Assembly: GCF_037042905.1 (NCBI RefSeq)
Contig: NC_087245.1
Coordinates: 62,001-126,000 of the forward strand
Direction of reading: 5' to 3'
DNA: 64,000 nt
Origin: Lytechinus pictus
Lineage: Eukaryota
Shown here in pieces: positions 1-12,331 of this stretch (position 1 is its first letter; each line of letters begins with the position of its first letter). Below the pieces are notes generated by a model. That model was not told the origin of the DNA and made no database searches. It worked only from the letters and a program-made list of their open reading frames with translations. Made by a program: the position numbers and the translations under genes.

Positions 1-439
1 TTAATTTTATCTTGTTAATGGTCAAAATAAAGTCCCCGACTATTTCCATTGAAAAAACATAAAAAACAAAGAAATACATAACAAATTTAGAAAACAATAG
101 AATACATAAGAAAATGAATGTGATGTTGAAATTTTTGAGAAACAAATTTGATCAGATGCCTATCTAGAGTATGTGAAAAAAAAATTAGCATTTTAGGGGC
201 ATTATTTTATTAATTAGAGCAAACTTATGATTTTACACATAAATTAGTATAATTAATGAGCAATGAGATTTTTCGCAGAATTTGATATTGTAGTTTTGTA
301 GATAATGCCATGGGTAACGCGCTTGCCAATTTTCGTCGCGATCGACGGCCAAGATCATAAGGGGGAGCAGAATCAGCCCCCCCACCCCCCCCCCCCCCCC
401 CGTCTTCTTAGGCGTCGAAATAGCCCAGTCTATTTAGGG
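1..439. mobile_element. Right end of a piggyBac-like non-autonomous DNA element (truncated by window edge)
   Basis: Ends ...CCCAGTCTATTTAGGG followed by TTAA (440-443). CCCT/AGGG termini with TTAA are piggyBac-like. The left end is outside the window. Confidence 0.5.
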
Positions 440-540
440 TTAAAGGCCACTCAAGGTTTATTGAACTCAACTTATAAATAAACTTAACAAAAACTGAGGA
501 TTTTGAATTTTCAAGATTTAAAAATTATCATTCAGCAGTA

Positions 541-1151
541 CCGTAAGGGCACTAGTATTCAACCCGTTTGGAGAGTTTCCTCAAATATATAGAAATATAG
601 AATTTACCTGAATTTCAGACCCGTCTTATTTCCAAGAGCAAATGCTGGTTATTCTTTTTCCGTTATTTTTTTCTTCAACCAGTTGACTGTGTGCGCGGGC
701 GATTGAATTATACGGCGACGGATTTTGGTACTAGTATTCAACCCGTCGGCACTAGTATTCAACCTAGCGATGAAAGATGGCCCTGTCTCTCAATCTGCCC
801 TTGTCCCATCCGACTATGGACTAGACCATTTGAGATGAGACCAAATAGGGAATTAATCAAAGCCAGAAATTTACATAGATCTAGATCTAATTTAGCAATC
901 TAAACCCTTTTGAGATTTGCTATCAATCCTCACTAGGTTGAATACTAGTACCATTCAGTGCAAAAGGCCATCGCCGCATAATTCGATCCTCCGCGCATAC
1001 AGTCGACAGATTGACAAAGAAAATATCGACAACAGATTACCCTGGAAATAACAAAGGTGTGAAATTAAGATAAATTCCCTATTTCTAAATATTTTGGGGA
1101 ATATGTCAAAATCTTTGAATTATGCCGGGTTGAATACTAGTACCCATACGG
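541..1151. mobile_element. Tc1/mariner-superfamily (Tc2/pogo-like) MITE
   Basis: TIRs CCGTAAGGGCACTAGTATTCAACCC / GGGTTGAATACTAGTACCCATACGG, TA on both sides (539-540, 1152-1153). Internal copies of ACTAGTATTCAACC occur in both orientations. Confidence 0.8.
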
Positions 1152-1333
1152 TATATTATTGAATATAACTTGGTATCAGAAAGTAGACGAGTAGAATTTC
1201 AGGTAAATGGGCCCAGGTCAAATGTCATTTCAGATCAACATTAAATATACCTGTACATGTATTTTGTTTTTGTGTTTTTGAAGAAGATATTTCTTTAGTA
1301 TACTGTGAAGTTCATATTTGTTTACTTTTACAG

Positions 1334-1452
1334 TGCGAGTTAACGATGGTGGTGACACTTCTGATGCAGTCTCAGCTTCACCTATTGTATCCGACTCCCC
1401 CCACTCAGAAAATGGAACTGTCCGTGCAAGGAACAAGCCTAAGAAGAAGTAA
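1334..1452 (+). CDS. Terminal coding exon of an unidentified gene (...RVNDGGDTSDAVSASPIVSDSPHSENGTVRARNKPKKK*)
   Basis: Pyrimidine tract + CAG acceptor at 1331-1333. Open phase-1 frame to TAA at 1450-1452, followed by UTR-like T-rich sequence with AATAAA (about 1876 and 8915). Confidence 0.65.
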
Positions 1453-1900
1453 ATCCTGTTATTGAATCCTATAAAGTGGTTGCCTAGCAACAATTTCCAT
1501 CAATTTAGCCTTGTTCTTCACCTTCACATTCATGTGACCTTACATCCATTGGGAGGAGAGGAAAAAGAGAAACGGTCTAGGTTTCTTTGAGAACCTGTCA
1601 TCTCATATAATACTTTTTGTTTATTTGTTTCCTTTTGATTTTATCAGTAAATGATATTAGAATTTAGCACTTTGCTTCATTACATTTTTTATGTGAAATT
1701 CTCTTATTGGCTTTGGAAGTCTCTTTGAATTTCATCTTGGTTTCTTCTTTTTTGAATAGTTTTCAATCTTCCAACTTATGAGCACAAAAAGAGGCCTTGG
1801 CTACATCATTTAAGGGAGAGTCATGTGTTTTACTTTTCTTCTTTGATTTGACTCATTTTAAGTGTGACTTTGCTGAATAAAAATTTAAAAACAAACAAAT

Positions 1901-2395
1901 TTGTCCTGCCTGCATAGCAGAGCTAGACTCTATGTGCGCCGCTTTTCCGACAGCGGCTGTGAAGGCAGCGTCATCAACACTGAAATCTTAACTGAGGTCA
2001 AGTTTTGAAATGTCAAAGTGAATGGACCTAGTTCATGAAATTTGGACATAATGGTAATCAAGTATTACTTTATCATCTTGCTTTGGGTTTCAGGTCACAT
2101 GACCAAGGTCAAAGATCATTTAGGGTCAGTGAAATTTTAACCAAGGTTGAGTTTCTAAATGGCATCATAACTTTGCAAGTACATGGACCTTAATAGTCAA
2201 GACATAAGGTAATCAAGTATCACTGATCATTTTGGAGTGTGAGGTCACATGATCAAGGTCAATGATCATTTAGGATCAATGAACTTTATGTGAATTTTCT
2301 TTTTTTTTGTGAATAATAATTGTTTTCAAAGTCGGCACTGCTGCTATATTGAATTGTGTAATGCAGGCGAGACTGCCAGAGGCGTTCCACTTGTT
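1901..2395 (+). mobile_element. Helentron-associated (HINE/DINE-1-like) element
   Basis: 5' GTCCTGCCTGCAT is inverted relative to 3' subterminal ATGCAGGCGAGAC. Internal AGGTCACATGACCAAGGTCAA repeats, T-rich flanks, no TSD. Second copy at 7571-8394. Confidence 0.6.
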
Positions 2396-4500
2396 TTATT
2401 TATTTACTGATAGATTTAACAACAGAGATCACTTTGGGGGATGTATTTCATGTTTTTGAAATCATAATTCCAACAAAAAATTTACTGAAGAATTGTTTCA
2501 TGTACATCCTATTTGAATCTGAGATGCATTTTTCTTGTTTATCTATTAAAGTACATGTATGTATACTCTGTATGCCTATTGAATTGTTATCTGTTATAAG
2601 ATTAATGCAAAGAAGAATATTTCTTGTCAAGATTGAATGGATTCATTTCATTTAAGACTAAAGATTGAGTTAATGATATGTATTTTCAGTATTGAAAGTT
2701 GTTCATCAAAATCATTTCCAGGTTGTGTATTATGCATGTGGATATTCAAGAATTTAATTCATATACTTAGCTAGATGTAGACATTCCTTTTTTCTGTCAT
2801 TAAAGTTACATATGAAGTACAATATATTGTTTGCATGCACCAGATTGATTTTCTTTAAAAGTATGCATGTCATGTAAAAAGTTACACTATTTTTCTTAAA
2901 TTCATTAATTTGGTAAGTTTGTAAATTTACTTCACAATGAGAAAAGAGGGAGAGAAAGAGAGTGCCTCTACATACATTATGTATTGGCTCCAGACATTGG
3001 TTGTATCACTCCAGTATGTAAGATAGTAGCATGAAATAATAACACATTTTGGCACTTCATGGTTTGGTGATAGGTAAGGACCTTTTCCATACTCAACCAA
3101 GTTAGAGGTATACAAAACTGAATGTTCATTACGTCAGCCCCTCGTTGGGGAGACGACCGCAGTTCAGGCCCTGAACTGCGGTTGTATACCCCCTTAACAA
3201 AAATCTTGTTAGAGGATCCAAGATATTTTTGAAGCTATTTCAACCCTGCGTGCTTAACCAAATTAATCCCTCTTATGTAACATTTCACCTCCACAGGCAA
3301 ACCTGAGCTTTTGAGCCAGGGTTAGACAATAAACAGCAGCTGTGATATTACGTAAGAGCAGCTCTGCCTGTAGTCGGCACTTTGGAATGAAATTATTGTA
3401 TTTGATATTTAATCCAGTTTTCAAAGGCATATTGTATTATAATGATGGGGGTTTGCCTAAAAGCAAACTCCCATCTGTTGTTTTAGAGATAATCATACAC
3501 ACAATGAAAAGTGTGCAAAATTGTGCCATGTAACGTCAGTTACCGCAAAAATGCCCACGTTTAGATACTCAAGGCCTGGGGTGATTTAGTTTTATCATGG
3601 TTTGATACTGGGGTTTGCCATCTCCAACGATTGTTTTGCCTCATGTTTGTTATGAATGAGTTTGTTGAAATGCTAAGAGTAATATTTTGGTAGTGATGCC
3701 AACCTGGAATTGTTAAGGCACGGACGTCATCAGGTCAGATAGAAAACATTTTATACAGAAACCCTTTATTATCCTGGATGCTGTTTCATAAAACTGTGAA
3801 GTTATACAAAACTAAATATAAACTAAAAATATGAAGTGCAAACATGCACACCTAGGTTTATACTTGATGTATTTACACACCACCACTGTGTTTGAAGATA
3901 TTTCTTATAAATTCAGGCAGAAATATAGTTTGCCCTTAATTTGATGTATAAAAATTATGAATGTAGATGGATTAACCATGTTATTAAAGCTAAAACTTGA
4001 TATTTAATACTTAAGAATGTAGATGAATTTAGCATATCTCAAGCTAAAATTTGATATTTTTATTAATAATTGTTTGGCATCACCTGTGCCTGGGAGGCGA
4101 TAAAGCGAACTGAATCATTCTGAAGGGCCGTCAGCCTGCATAAACCCCCAATGATACACATGTATGAAGCAAGTACCCTGGCATTGCCCTGTTTACCAAA
4201 AGACTGGAGTTAAAAATGTTGGATGTAAACAATGTTTTATTTTTCAAGTTTGCCATTTGTGCTCATTTACACAAAATGTTGTTTCTTTGAGCTGGCCAAT
4301 TTGGGGGTTAGTCTATACTCTTTAGAATACTTGAAATTAATTTACTTGAAAAAAGTAAGTTGTATCCAATTCATTTCTATTTTCTCCTTTTTTAAAATCA
4401 TTTTGCAAAAAAAAAGAAAAAAAATGTTGGCAAAATTGTTATGACCACAGAAAGCCTATTAAAATGATATCAGTCTGGAATAGCACAGATAATCACACAT

Positions 4501-5085
4501 TTTTATGATTATGGTATCACGCTCAGTGTCCGTCCGTCCGGTAACTTTTCCTTGTACACGTGATAACTTTTCCTTGTACACGTGATAACTTCAGTCTGAC
4601 CTAACCTAGGCTCATATAATTTGGTGTGTATGATACTAGCATGGATCCCAGAAAGCCTATTGATTTTGAGGTCAAAGGTCAAGATCACAGTGACATGTTT
4701 TCATCTTACCCTTCTGAAGTCCTTGTAAACGCGATAACTTCAGTTTAACTTAACCTAGGCTCATATAATTTGCTGTGTATGATACTAGCATGAATCCCAG
4801 GAAGCCTATTGATTTTGAGGTCAAAAGGTCAAAGGTCAAGATCACAGTGACATGTTTTCATCTTACCCTTCTGAAGTCCTTGTTAACGCGATAACTTTAT
4901 TTGAACTTATCCTAGGCTCATATAATTTGGTGTGTATGATACCAGCATAGATCCAGGCAATTGATATTGAAGTCAGAAGAACAAAAGTGAAGTCGCCACC
5001 TTCCACTTTTCTTGCTTGACCAATAACTCCATTTTCCGCGTTATAGGCGGGCGTATTATGTGCTCGCCTTAGCGACACTCTTGTT
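4501..5085 (+). mobile_element. Helentron-like HINE with GTCC microsatellite and ~150-bp internal tandem repeats
   Basis: (GTCC)n near 4528, about 2.5 copies of the CCTAGGCTCATATAATTTG...GAGGTCAAAGGTCAAG unit, GC-rich 3' end finishing ACTCTTGTT. Confidence 0.55.
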
Positions 5086-5188
5086 AATATTACCTTGTAA
5101 TTCAAAATGTATTGGATCTGTACATATGACACATTTTATTAGTTTGGGTCTGGCAGAAAGTCAGTTGTAACTTCAGCCTGAGAACCAG

Positions 5189-5903
5189 GGCCCGTATTCC
5201 ATAAACGAGATAAGCATGCTTAAATGAAAAATCTAAGCATTTCGTCTTATTTTCTAAGACAAAATTGTTAGCCAAAACGCGTATTCCATAAAGAATTGGC
5301 TAAGAATTTTGTATTAGAATTTGGCTAAGAGTTTTTGTGCGACTAAGACAGATATAGGATGAATGGCTAAGTAACTTTTCTTAAAACTGCAGTCTGTATT
5401 CCATAAATACAACATGGCTAAGAGTTTTACCCTAACTTTAAGACAGTTATGAGTTGTCTTATATTGTTTTAGTTTCAAGGCAATTTCCACCCACGCCTTT
5501 TCTTTATCCTGAAACGTTAATTATGCTTCGGTCTCAAGATCTCTTTTCTCTCTTATTTCTGCTATTAGCGTAATTTTCTCTACTTCTGTGAAATTGGCCT
5601 TCCTGATTTTCTCAGTCTCCATCTTGATATTTGTTATGATGCGATTTTTGCTTTAACACACAAAACGCATAGACTTTTTACCGCGGAGCAGCTGTTACGT
5701 TTGTGACAAAAGTTGCATGGCGTTGCAATTTCCTCATGACGTCATAGAATTTAAGACTTTGGCTTAGCCATATCATCTGACTTGTGACGAATGTCTTAAA
5801 GTTTATAGAATATCATTAGCGAAGATTTCTTAGACAAGCAAAATGCTAAGACAAATTGCTCAAACTTAAGCAAAAAGCTTATCTTGTTTATGGAATACGG
5901 GCC
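5189..5903. mobile_element. PIF/Harbinger-like MITE
   Basis: TIRs GGCCCGTATTCCATAAAC(G/A)AGATAAGC at both ends, 3-bp CAG duplicated (5186-5188, 5904-5906). Confidence 0.8.
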
Positions 5904-6649
5904 CAGGGCGTTCCATATTATGAGACAAATGATATTAAAGCAAAACTAACAAAGAAAAATGATAATGTTCAGTTTCTATGTAGTGCAAATTACAATCTTA
6001 GCTCTCTTGAAAAGATGGAATAAGAAGGATAAAAACAAAGAAAGCAATCATATACTGGAACCTCCATGCATTATTTTATTTGAAAAAAAGAGGTTATGTA
6101 ACATCAAGAGCCTCCTGTGTTAAAATTTGAAAGAGGCGACTGAATGAAACTTCAATCTAGGGTTAAAACAACTCTTTGAATCGCGTCTATCCAAAAAGCT
6201 GTGGCATAACTCGATACTAATTATACTGTGCATTTATTTTTTGTAGGCTTTACATTTGTCTTGTGACATAAGTATAACAAGAAATTTTGTTCCATTTGCA
6301 CTCAATTTTAATGGAGATATTGAGCAAAACAGTGTATATATCGCTGATTCATGGACACATTGTACAAATACTATTCATTTACAGTCCTATATTAAAGGCA
6401 ATTGGGTTGACCAAAATTTGATATAAAAGCACATATACTTGTTCAGTCGGGTATCTATATACCTCAGATTACCTATGCATAATTCTATTTTTAAAAGAAC
6501 ATGAAAATTTACCTATTCAACAGTTATCAACCGAATGTCACAAAACCTTAACATGGTATGCCCCCCATGTCCCTGTAGGCCTTAATATTACAAATTGCAG
6601 CATTGGCCAAGCATATATTATAAACAAATATTGTATTGATATGGCTCTA

Positions 6650-6922
6650 TGTGGTGGTGTTGTGATATAGTGGTTATGACTCTCTTCTTTCAATCTGAGG
6701 GGTGTGGGTTCAATTTCCAGCCATTGCGTGTTTTCCTTCAGCAAGAAATTTACCCACATTGTCCTGCACTCAACCCAGGTGAGGTGAATGGGTACCTAGT
6801 AAGAAGAAATTCCTTGAATGCTTCAGCGCCTATATGGCAGTGTAGCTAAAACCGGGGTAATAATAGCAGCGCTTGCTTTCCTCAGGCAAAAAGCCTCCTT
6901 TATAAATCCAGGTATTATTATT
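6650..6922 (+). mobile_element. tRNA-derived SINE
   Basis: A-box-like TAGTGG and B-box-like GGTTCAATT in a tRNA-like head. Central CCTTCAGCAAG...CAACCCAGGTGAGGTGAATGGGTACC domain and (TAT)n tail. Confidence 0.75.
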
Positions 6923-7570
6923 TAATTATGCAGAATTTTTTTTCCAAGGGGGCAAGACTGTATAATATTTTACAAAGAAACTTGAAAACGAGGGAATCCA
7001 ATGGCCAAGCTTGTATTGAGGGCTGTTGTCTTTTCAATGTGAAATCTAAGGATTTTCATGTACACTTTAAGTGAAATTTGTGAGAAATTTCAGTAAAAAA
7101 ATAATATAAGTTTTCAAAATTTAGGAGGTGGAATGCTCCTTTCATGTCACAAGAAAATTTGTTCAATTTACACTTGATTCTAATGTTATATAGTTATAGA
7201 GTAAACGGTGTATATCGCTGTTACATGGACACACAAGGTGTACTACTAGTATACATAAGTATCTAGGTATTGGCATTGTACAAGTACATTTGGTCCGAGA
7301 AGGAAATTGAAGGATTTCATGCATACTTTTGTTGAATATTTTGAAAGTTCAAAATTTTAGGGGTGGAGACTGCCCTCCCCCCCCCCCCCCCCCATTTCAT
7401 GAACAAGAAGTGGAAAATTACCTAACTTAATGGAAAAGCCAGTATTAAGTAACTAAAATAATTGAATTTATTTAAGAGAAATCTGATCAAATTATGGAAA
7501 TAAATTGATATGCTACTGCTTTAGTATGACAGTGAGAAATCTTAGTGGGTGTCACTTGTGACATCTGATT

Positions 7571-8394
7571 TTGTGTCGCCTGCATAGCAGAGCAAGACTA
7601 TAGGCGCCGCTTTTCCAACAACGTTGTCAACATTGAAATCTTAACCAAGGTTAAGTTTTTGAAATGTCATCATAACTTAGAAAGGATATGGACCTAGTTC
7701 ATGAAACTTGGACATTAGGGTAATCAAGTAAATATTACTGAACATCCTGCCTGAGTTTCAGGTCACATGACCAAGGTCAACGGTCACTTAGGGTCAACAA
7801 ACCATGGCCATGTAAGGGGTATTTGTGGAATTGTCTAGTTCATGAAACTTTGACATAAGATTAACCATGTATTACTGAATATCTTGTGCATGTTTGAGGT
7901 CACATGACCTAGGTCAAAGGTCATTTAGGGTCAACAAACTATGTTATTTTTGGGGATATTTGTGGAATTGTCATAACTTTTAAAAGTTCATGGATCTAGT
8001 TCATGAAACTTGGACATAGGAGTCACCATGTATCCCTGAACATCATTTGTGCGTTTCAGGTCACATGGCCGAGATCAAACGTCATTCAAGGTCAATAAAC
8101 TCTGACCATGTCCAGGGTATTTGTTGAATTGGCATCATAAATAAAAAGTTGATAGATCTACACATGTAGTTCATGAAACATAGACATAAGGGTAATCAAG
8201 TATGAATGATTGTTTTGCACACATCTTAGGTCACATGATCATGGTCAAGGGTCAGTTTGGGTCAATGGAGTATTTCATTATCATGAGTGTTTTCTTTTTT
8301 GAATAATTATTCAATAGCTGTTTTCAAAGTCAGCACTGCTGCTATATTGGATCGTGCAATGCAGGCGAGACTGCCAGAGGCAATCCACTCGTTG
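7571..8394 (+). mobile_element. HINE/Helentron-like element, same family as 1901-2395
   Basis: Same termini (GTCGCCTGCATAGCAGAG ... ATGCAGGCGAGACTGCCAGAGGC), about 4 internal copies of the TAGTTCATGAAACTT...GGTCACATGACC unit. Confidence 0.65.
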
Positions 8395-9199
8395 ATGGAG
8401 TTGGGGGGGGGGAACCACACCATGAATGATTACATGATTTGTTGTGTTGGGTTCAGCTGTGTACTCATCTCCAGTAGTTGACAGGTTTTAACTATTCATT
8501 GTTAATATGAAAAAGCTGTTGTGATGAAAAAAGTTCAGTGGAGAGGGAACCACCATTTGCTTACATGTACATGTAAATCTAAAAGCGATAGTTTTCTATT
8601 ATAATGTGTAAACTATTACTTTGTTGACATTTTCAGTTTAAGTAGAGTTTGAGACAGGCTTTGTATCAGTATTAAAGCAAACCCTAATTCAAATATACTG
8701 TATTAGGAATATCCCCCCCCCCCAAAAAAAAAAAAGGGGGGGTGTTCCAGATTATTAGGGATAGTTGGTAAATTTACTTTGTATGTACATGCATGTGATA
8801 AAAAGTATTATCAATATTTGTTCCAGAGGTTTGTTAAAAGATCACAATTATTATGAACATTCTTTGTACATGTATCAATCTTCCCTGGCTATGTATTTTC
8901 TCTTTTTGCTTCTGAATAAAAGTAAATAAATTTAACAATGTTAATGTGTAATATTTGTTTTCAAGTCAAGTTTGAATAGTGACTATTGTATACAGAGCAG
9001 TCATGTAAAATCTGTAGCAATTTATCCAAACTTGTATCGGCCGCACAGAAACGCTGTTTTCGTTTCGCATCTGGAACGGAAACATTCAATCTGCGTTTCG
9101 TGAGCAAAATTCTGGTTGCTACTATGGTAACAGCGATATATCCGATTTAGGACGACTTTCCAAAGCCACTTTTGGTTCCTCCAAGAGCTCGAGAGGCCG

Positions 9200-9502
9200 C
9201 CCGGGGGGCCCACTTCCATTGAAGAGTGGATACCAGACGCGACCACGCGTAAAAAGGGAAAGAGTGGGCAAGTACGTTACGTATAGGCCTATGTAACGTT
9301 ATAAGGGTGTCAAAAAATGATGTTTATAATACTGAAAAAGGAGGATATGTTTTCAATACTTGTAGGGTTTCACAAGCTAAATACTTGTTAAGAGATGCAT
9401 TTTCGTAATCTGGAAAAGCCTTGCTTCCCTTGTTTAGGGTGCTTTTCGAAACCGCATGGTCGTGCCTGGTATCCACTCATCAATGGAAGTGGTCCCCCCG
9501 GG
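9200..9502. mobile_element. MITE with CCCGGGGGG termini
   Basis: ~35-bp TIRs CCCGGGGGGCCCACTTCCATTGAAGAGTGGATACCA. Same family as 38835-40735. No TSD evident here. Confidence 0.7.
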
Positions 9503-9742
9503 AATTCGAATCTAATCCCCCATTTATGGGGAAAGTAAAGCATAATGCCCATTACATTGTGTGCTAGAGGCATATCGTTTGTGTAGGAGTTAACAAAAGA
9601 ATAAAAACCCGCACGTATACATGCTGTGTACATAATCAACGCATGCGAAATGGTTTCGGCTGGAGAGGTGATTTGACCCATGGAATCAATTGCCAATAAT
9701 CCACATTAAATGCAATATCGATTCAATGGACTGTAATGATCT

Positions 9743-10575
9743 ATATCTAAGCCTTAATTCATAAAAACCACTTTCTTATCCATGTCATAATCTATTTTAG
9801 GTCCTGCATTTCGAATATCTCCAGCCATCAGTCGTAATGTACATGCATGTATGGTGCGGGTGTCGCGGGAAAGAATTTTGCACACGAAAAGCATATCTGT
9901 AGGGCCTGTAACCCCCCTGTAACATATATCTAAGCCTTAATTCAGTAACTTTTTCCTCAATCTGTACTCGATTTGTTTGAAAAACCACTTTCTTATCCGT
10001 GTCATAATCTATTTTAGGTCCTGCATTTCGAATATCTCAAGCCATCAGTCGTAATGTACATGCATGTATGGTGCGGGTGTCGCGGGAAAGAATTTTGCAC
10101 ACGAAAAGCATATCTGTAGGGCCTGTAACCCCCCTGTAACATATATCTAAGCCTTAATTCAGTAACTTTTTCCTCAATACGTACTCGATTTGTTTGAAAA
10201 ACCACTTTCTTATCCATGTCATAATCTATTTTAGGTCCTGCATTTCGAATATCTCCAGCCATCAGTCGTAATGTACATGCATGTATGGTGCGGGTGTCGC
10301 GGGAAAGAATTTTGCACACGAAAAGCAGATCTGTAGGGCCTGTAACCATCCTGTAACATATATCTAAGCCTTAATTCAGTAACTTTTTCCTCAATATGTA
10401 CTCGATTTATTTGAAAAACCACTTTCTTATTCATGTCATAATCTATTTTAGGTCCTGCATTTCGAATATCTCCAGCCATCAGTCGTAATGTACATGCATG
10501 TATGGTGCGGGTGTCGCGGGAAAGAATTTTGCACACTAAAAGCAGATCTGTAGGGCCTGTAACCCCCCTGTAACA
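9743..10575. repeat. 217-bp tandem repeat, ~3.8 copies
   Basis: GTCCTGCATTTCGAATATC recurs at 9801, 10018, 10235 and 10452 with near-identical units. Confidence 0.95.
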
Positions 10576-11750
10576 CAAAGCTTAGCATTGATTGTAGAGC
10601 AGTTCTCTACGTTTGATTTTTATTGACTATAATGTACAATCAATCTTAATCAAGTGTATGATTAAGCGTTAACTTTTGTGGTAGGAGACCCTAAAATTAG
10701 CGTCCGTGAGGATTGCGAAAGGTGGCAATTAATTCTATAACAAACTACTTAAAATCATGAGAATCACATCCCTTACAGTGTAAAGGAAATATCCTCACGA
10801 TGGTCTCGATGAGTGGGGAGGGGGGGCACAATGGCGCTCTATGAAGTGGTTTGTGCAAGGAAAAGTTAAACAATATCTTCTAATCAATCTTGCTAGCTAG
10901 CTAAAGTTCATGTGTCCTTCATGATTAACGTCTAGTTTTATTCAGATAATTATCTCCAAATTCTGTGCAAATCATTTTTCATGAACATTAAAAAAAAAAG
11001 TGGTGCTCACTTAAGCGGAAAGATTTTTCGACAGTTATATCGTCATTGCTTAAGGAGATCTGTACCAATGTTTAAATGTGGAAAAAGCTTCAGGATATTA
11101 CAAGTATATAATTTCACAGTATTATTTCTAAAAAGTGTTAATTTTCTATTGATACGCACTGTATATAAGCCTACTAAAAACAAGTTAAAAAGCCCGGGTA
11201 GAAAGTTTTATGCTCGTTACAACATAATTTATGTGATCTGCTGTCCACAAATTTTTGACGATGTCCACTGCAAGCTTAAGTTTATATTTTTGGTGAAAAT
11301 GAAATGAGATTTGAATAAAGTGCATCATTTTTTTTACTTTTGTACTTCACAGATTCATTACAGAAATGTCAACTTCTGAAGATCATTGTCATCTTTCACA
11401 ACAAGGTGGTATAGCCTTAAAAGGGCAAACAAATAGCAATAATATGAATTAATTCTCTATATCCAGAATACACTTATGAACTATTCTGTAAAATTTGATG
11501 AAATTTACATGGATTTTGACATGCTAATAGAGGTACAGTATAACCTGAACATAGTGATCTTGTGGAGTCTAAAAACGCAAAATTCTTTAGAATGTGCAAT
11601 TCTCGAGAACTTCCAAGCTAAAAAGCAAAGTAAAAATCAAGCACATTAACCCATGTTGTTCTTTGCATATTTGAAATAATCAGGTGCTAAAGTAACTCTG
11701 TACAAAATTTTGTGAAAATGACATGGATTTCATTTTTACGTTGTGAAATT

Positions 11751-12331
11751 AAACCTTTGGAACAAGTAGGCTTGTGTCGAAACAGATAAATCAAAGAATA
11801 AGAACAAAGAAAGTTTGAGAAAAATCGGACAAATAATGAAAAAGTTATGAGCATTTGAATATTGCAATCACTAATGCTATGGAGATCCTCCCAATGGCAA
11901 TGCGACAACGATGTGTGATGTCACATGTGAACAACTTTCCCTTTGATGGACTATAAAATACCCTTAAAAATGTCTTGTTTTTGCTTTTTTTTTATCGATA
12001 CAAACTCTTTATCCATGATGTATTCTTTAAAAATCTGTATTACATGCCCTCCTATAGAAAGAACACATGATCTACTGATAGATGTGATGAAAGAGGCAAT
12101 TTAAGTGAAATATATACTAAAGTAATGGGGAGAGTTGTTCACAAGTGACATCACACATCTTTGTCGCATTGCCAATAGGAGGATCTCCATATACTATTGG
12201 TGATCGCAATATTCAAATGCTCATATAGCGTTCTCATTATTTGTCCGATTTTTCTCAAACTTGCGTTGATCTGTTTCTTTGATTTTTCTGTTTTCATACA
12301 AGCTATCTTGTTCCAAAGGTTTCGTTCTCCT
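11751..12331. mobile_element. Palindromic Kolobok-like MITE (left terminus eroded)
   Basis: Long inverted arms (AAACCTTTGGAACAAG...CACATG vs ...CTTGTTCCAAAGGTTT). Right end ...TCTCCT followed by TTAA. Confidence 0.6.

Noticed and set aside
9797..10578. Repeated ORFs (…RYMLQGGYRPYR…)
   Set aside because: Translation of a 217-bp tandem repeat whose period is not a multiple of 3.
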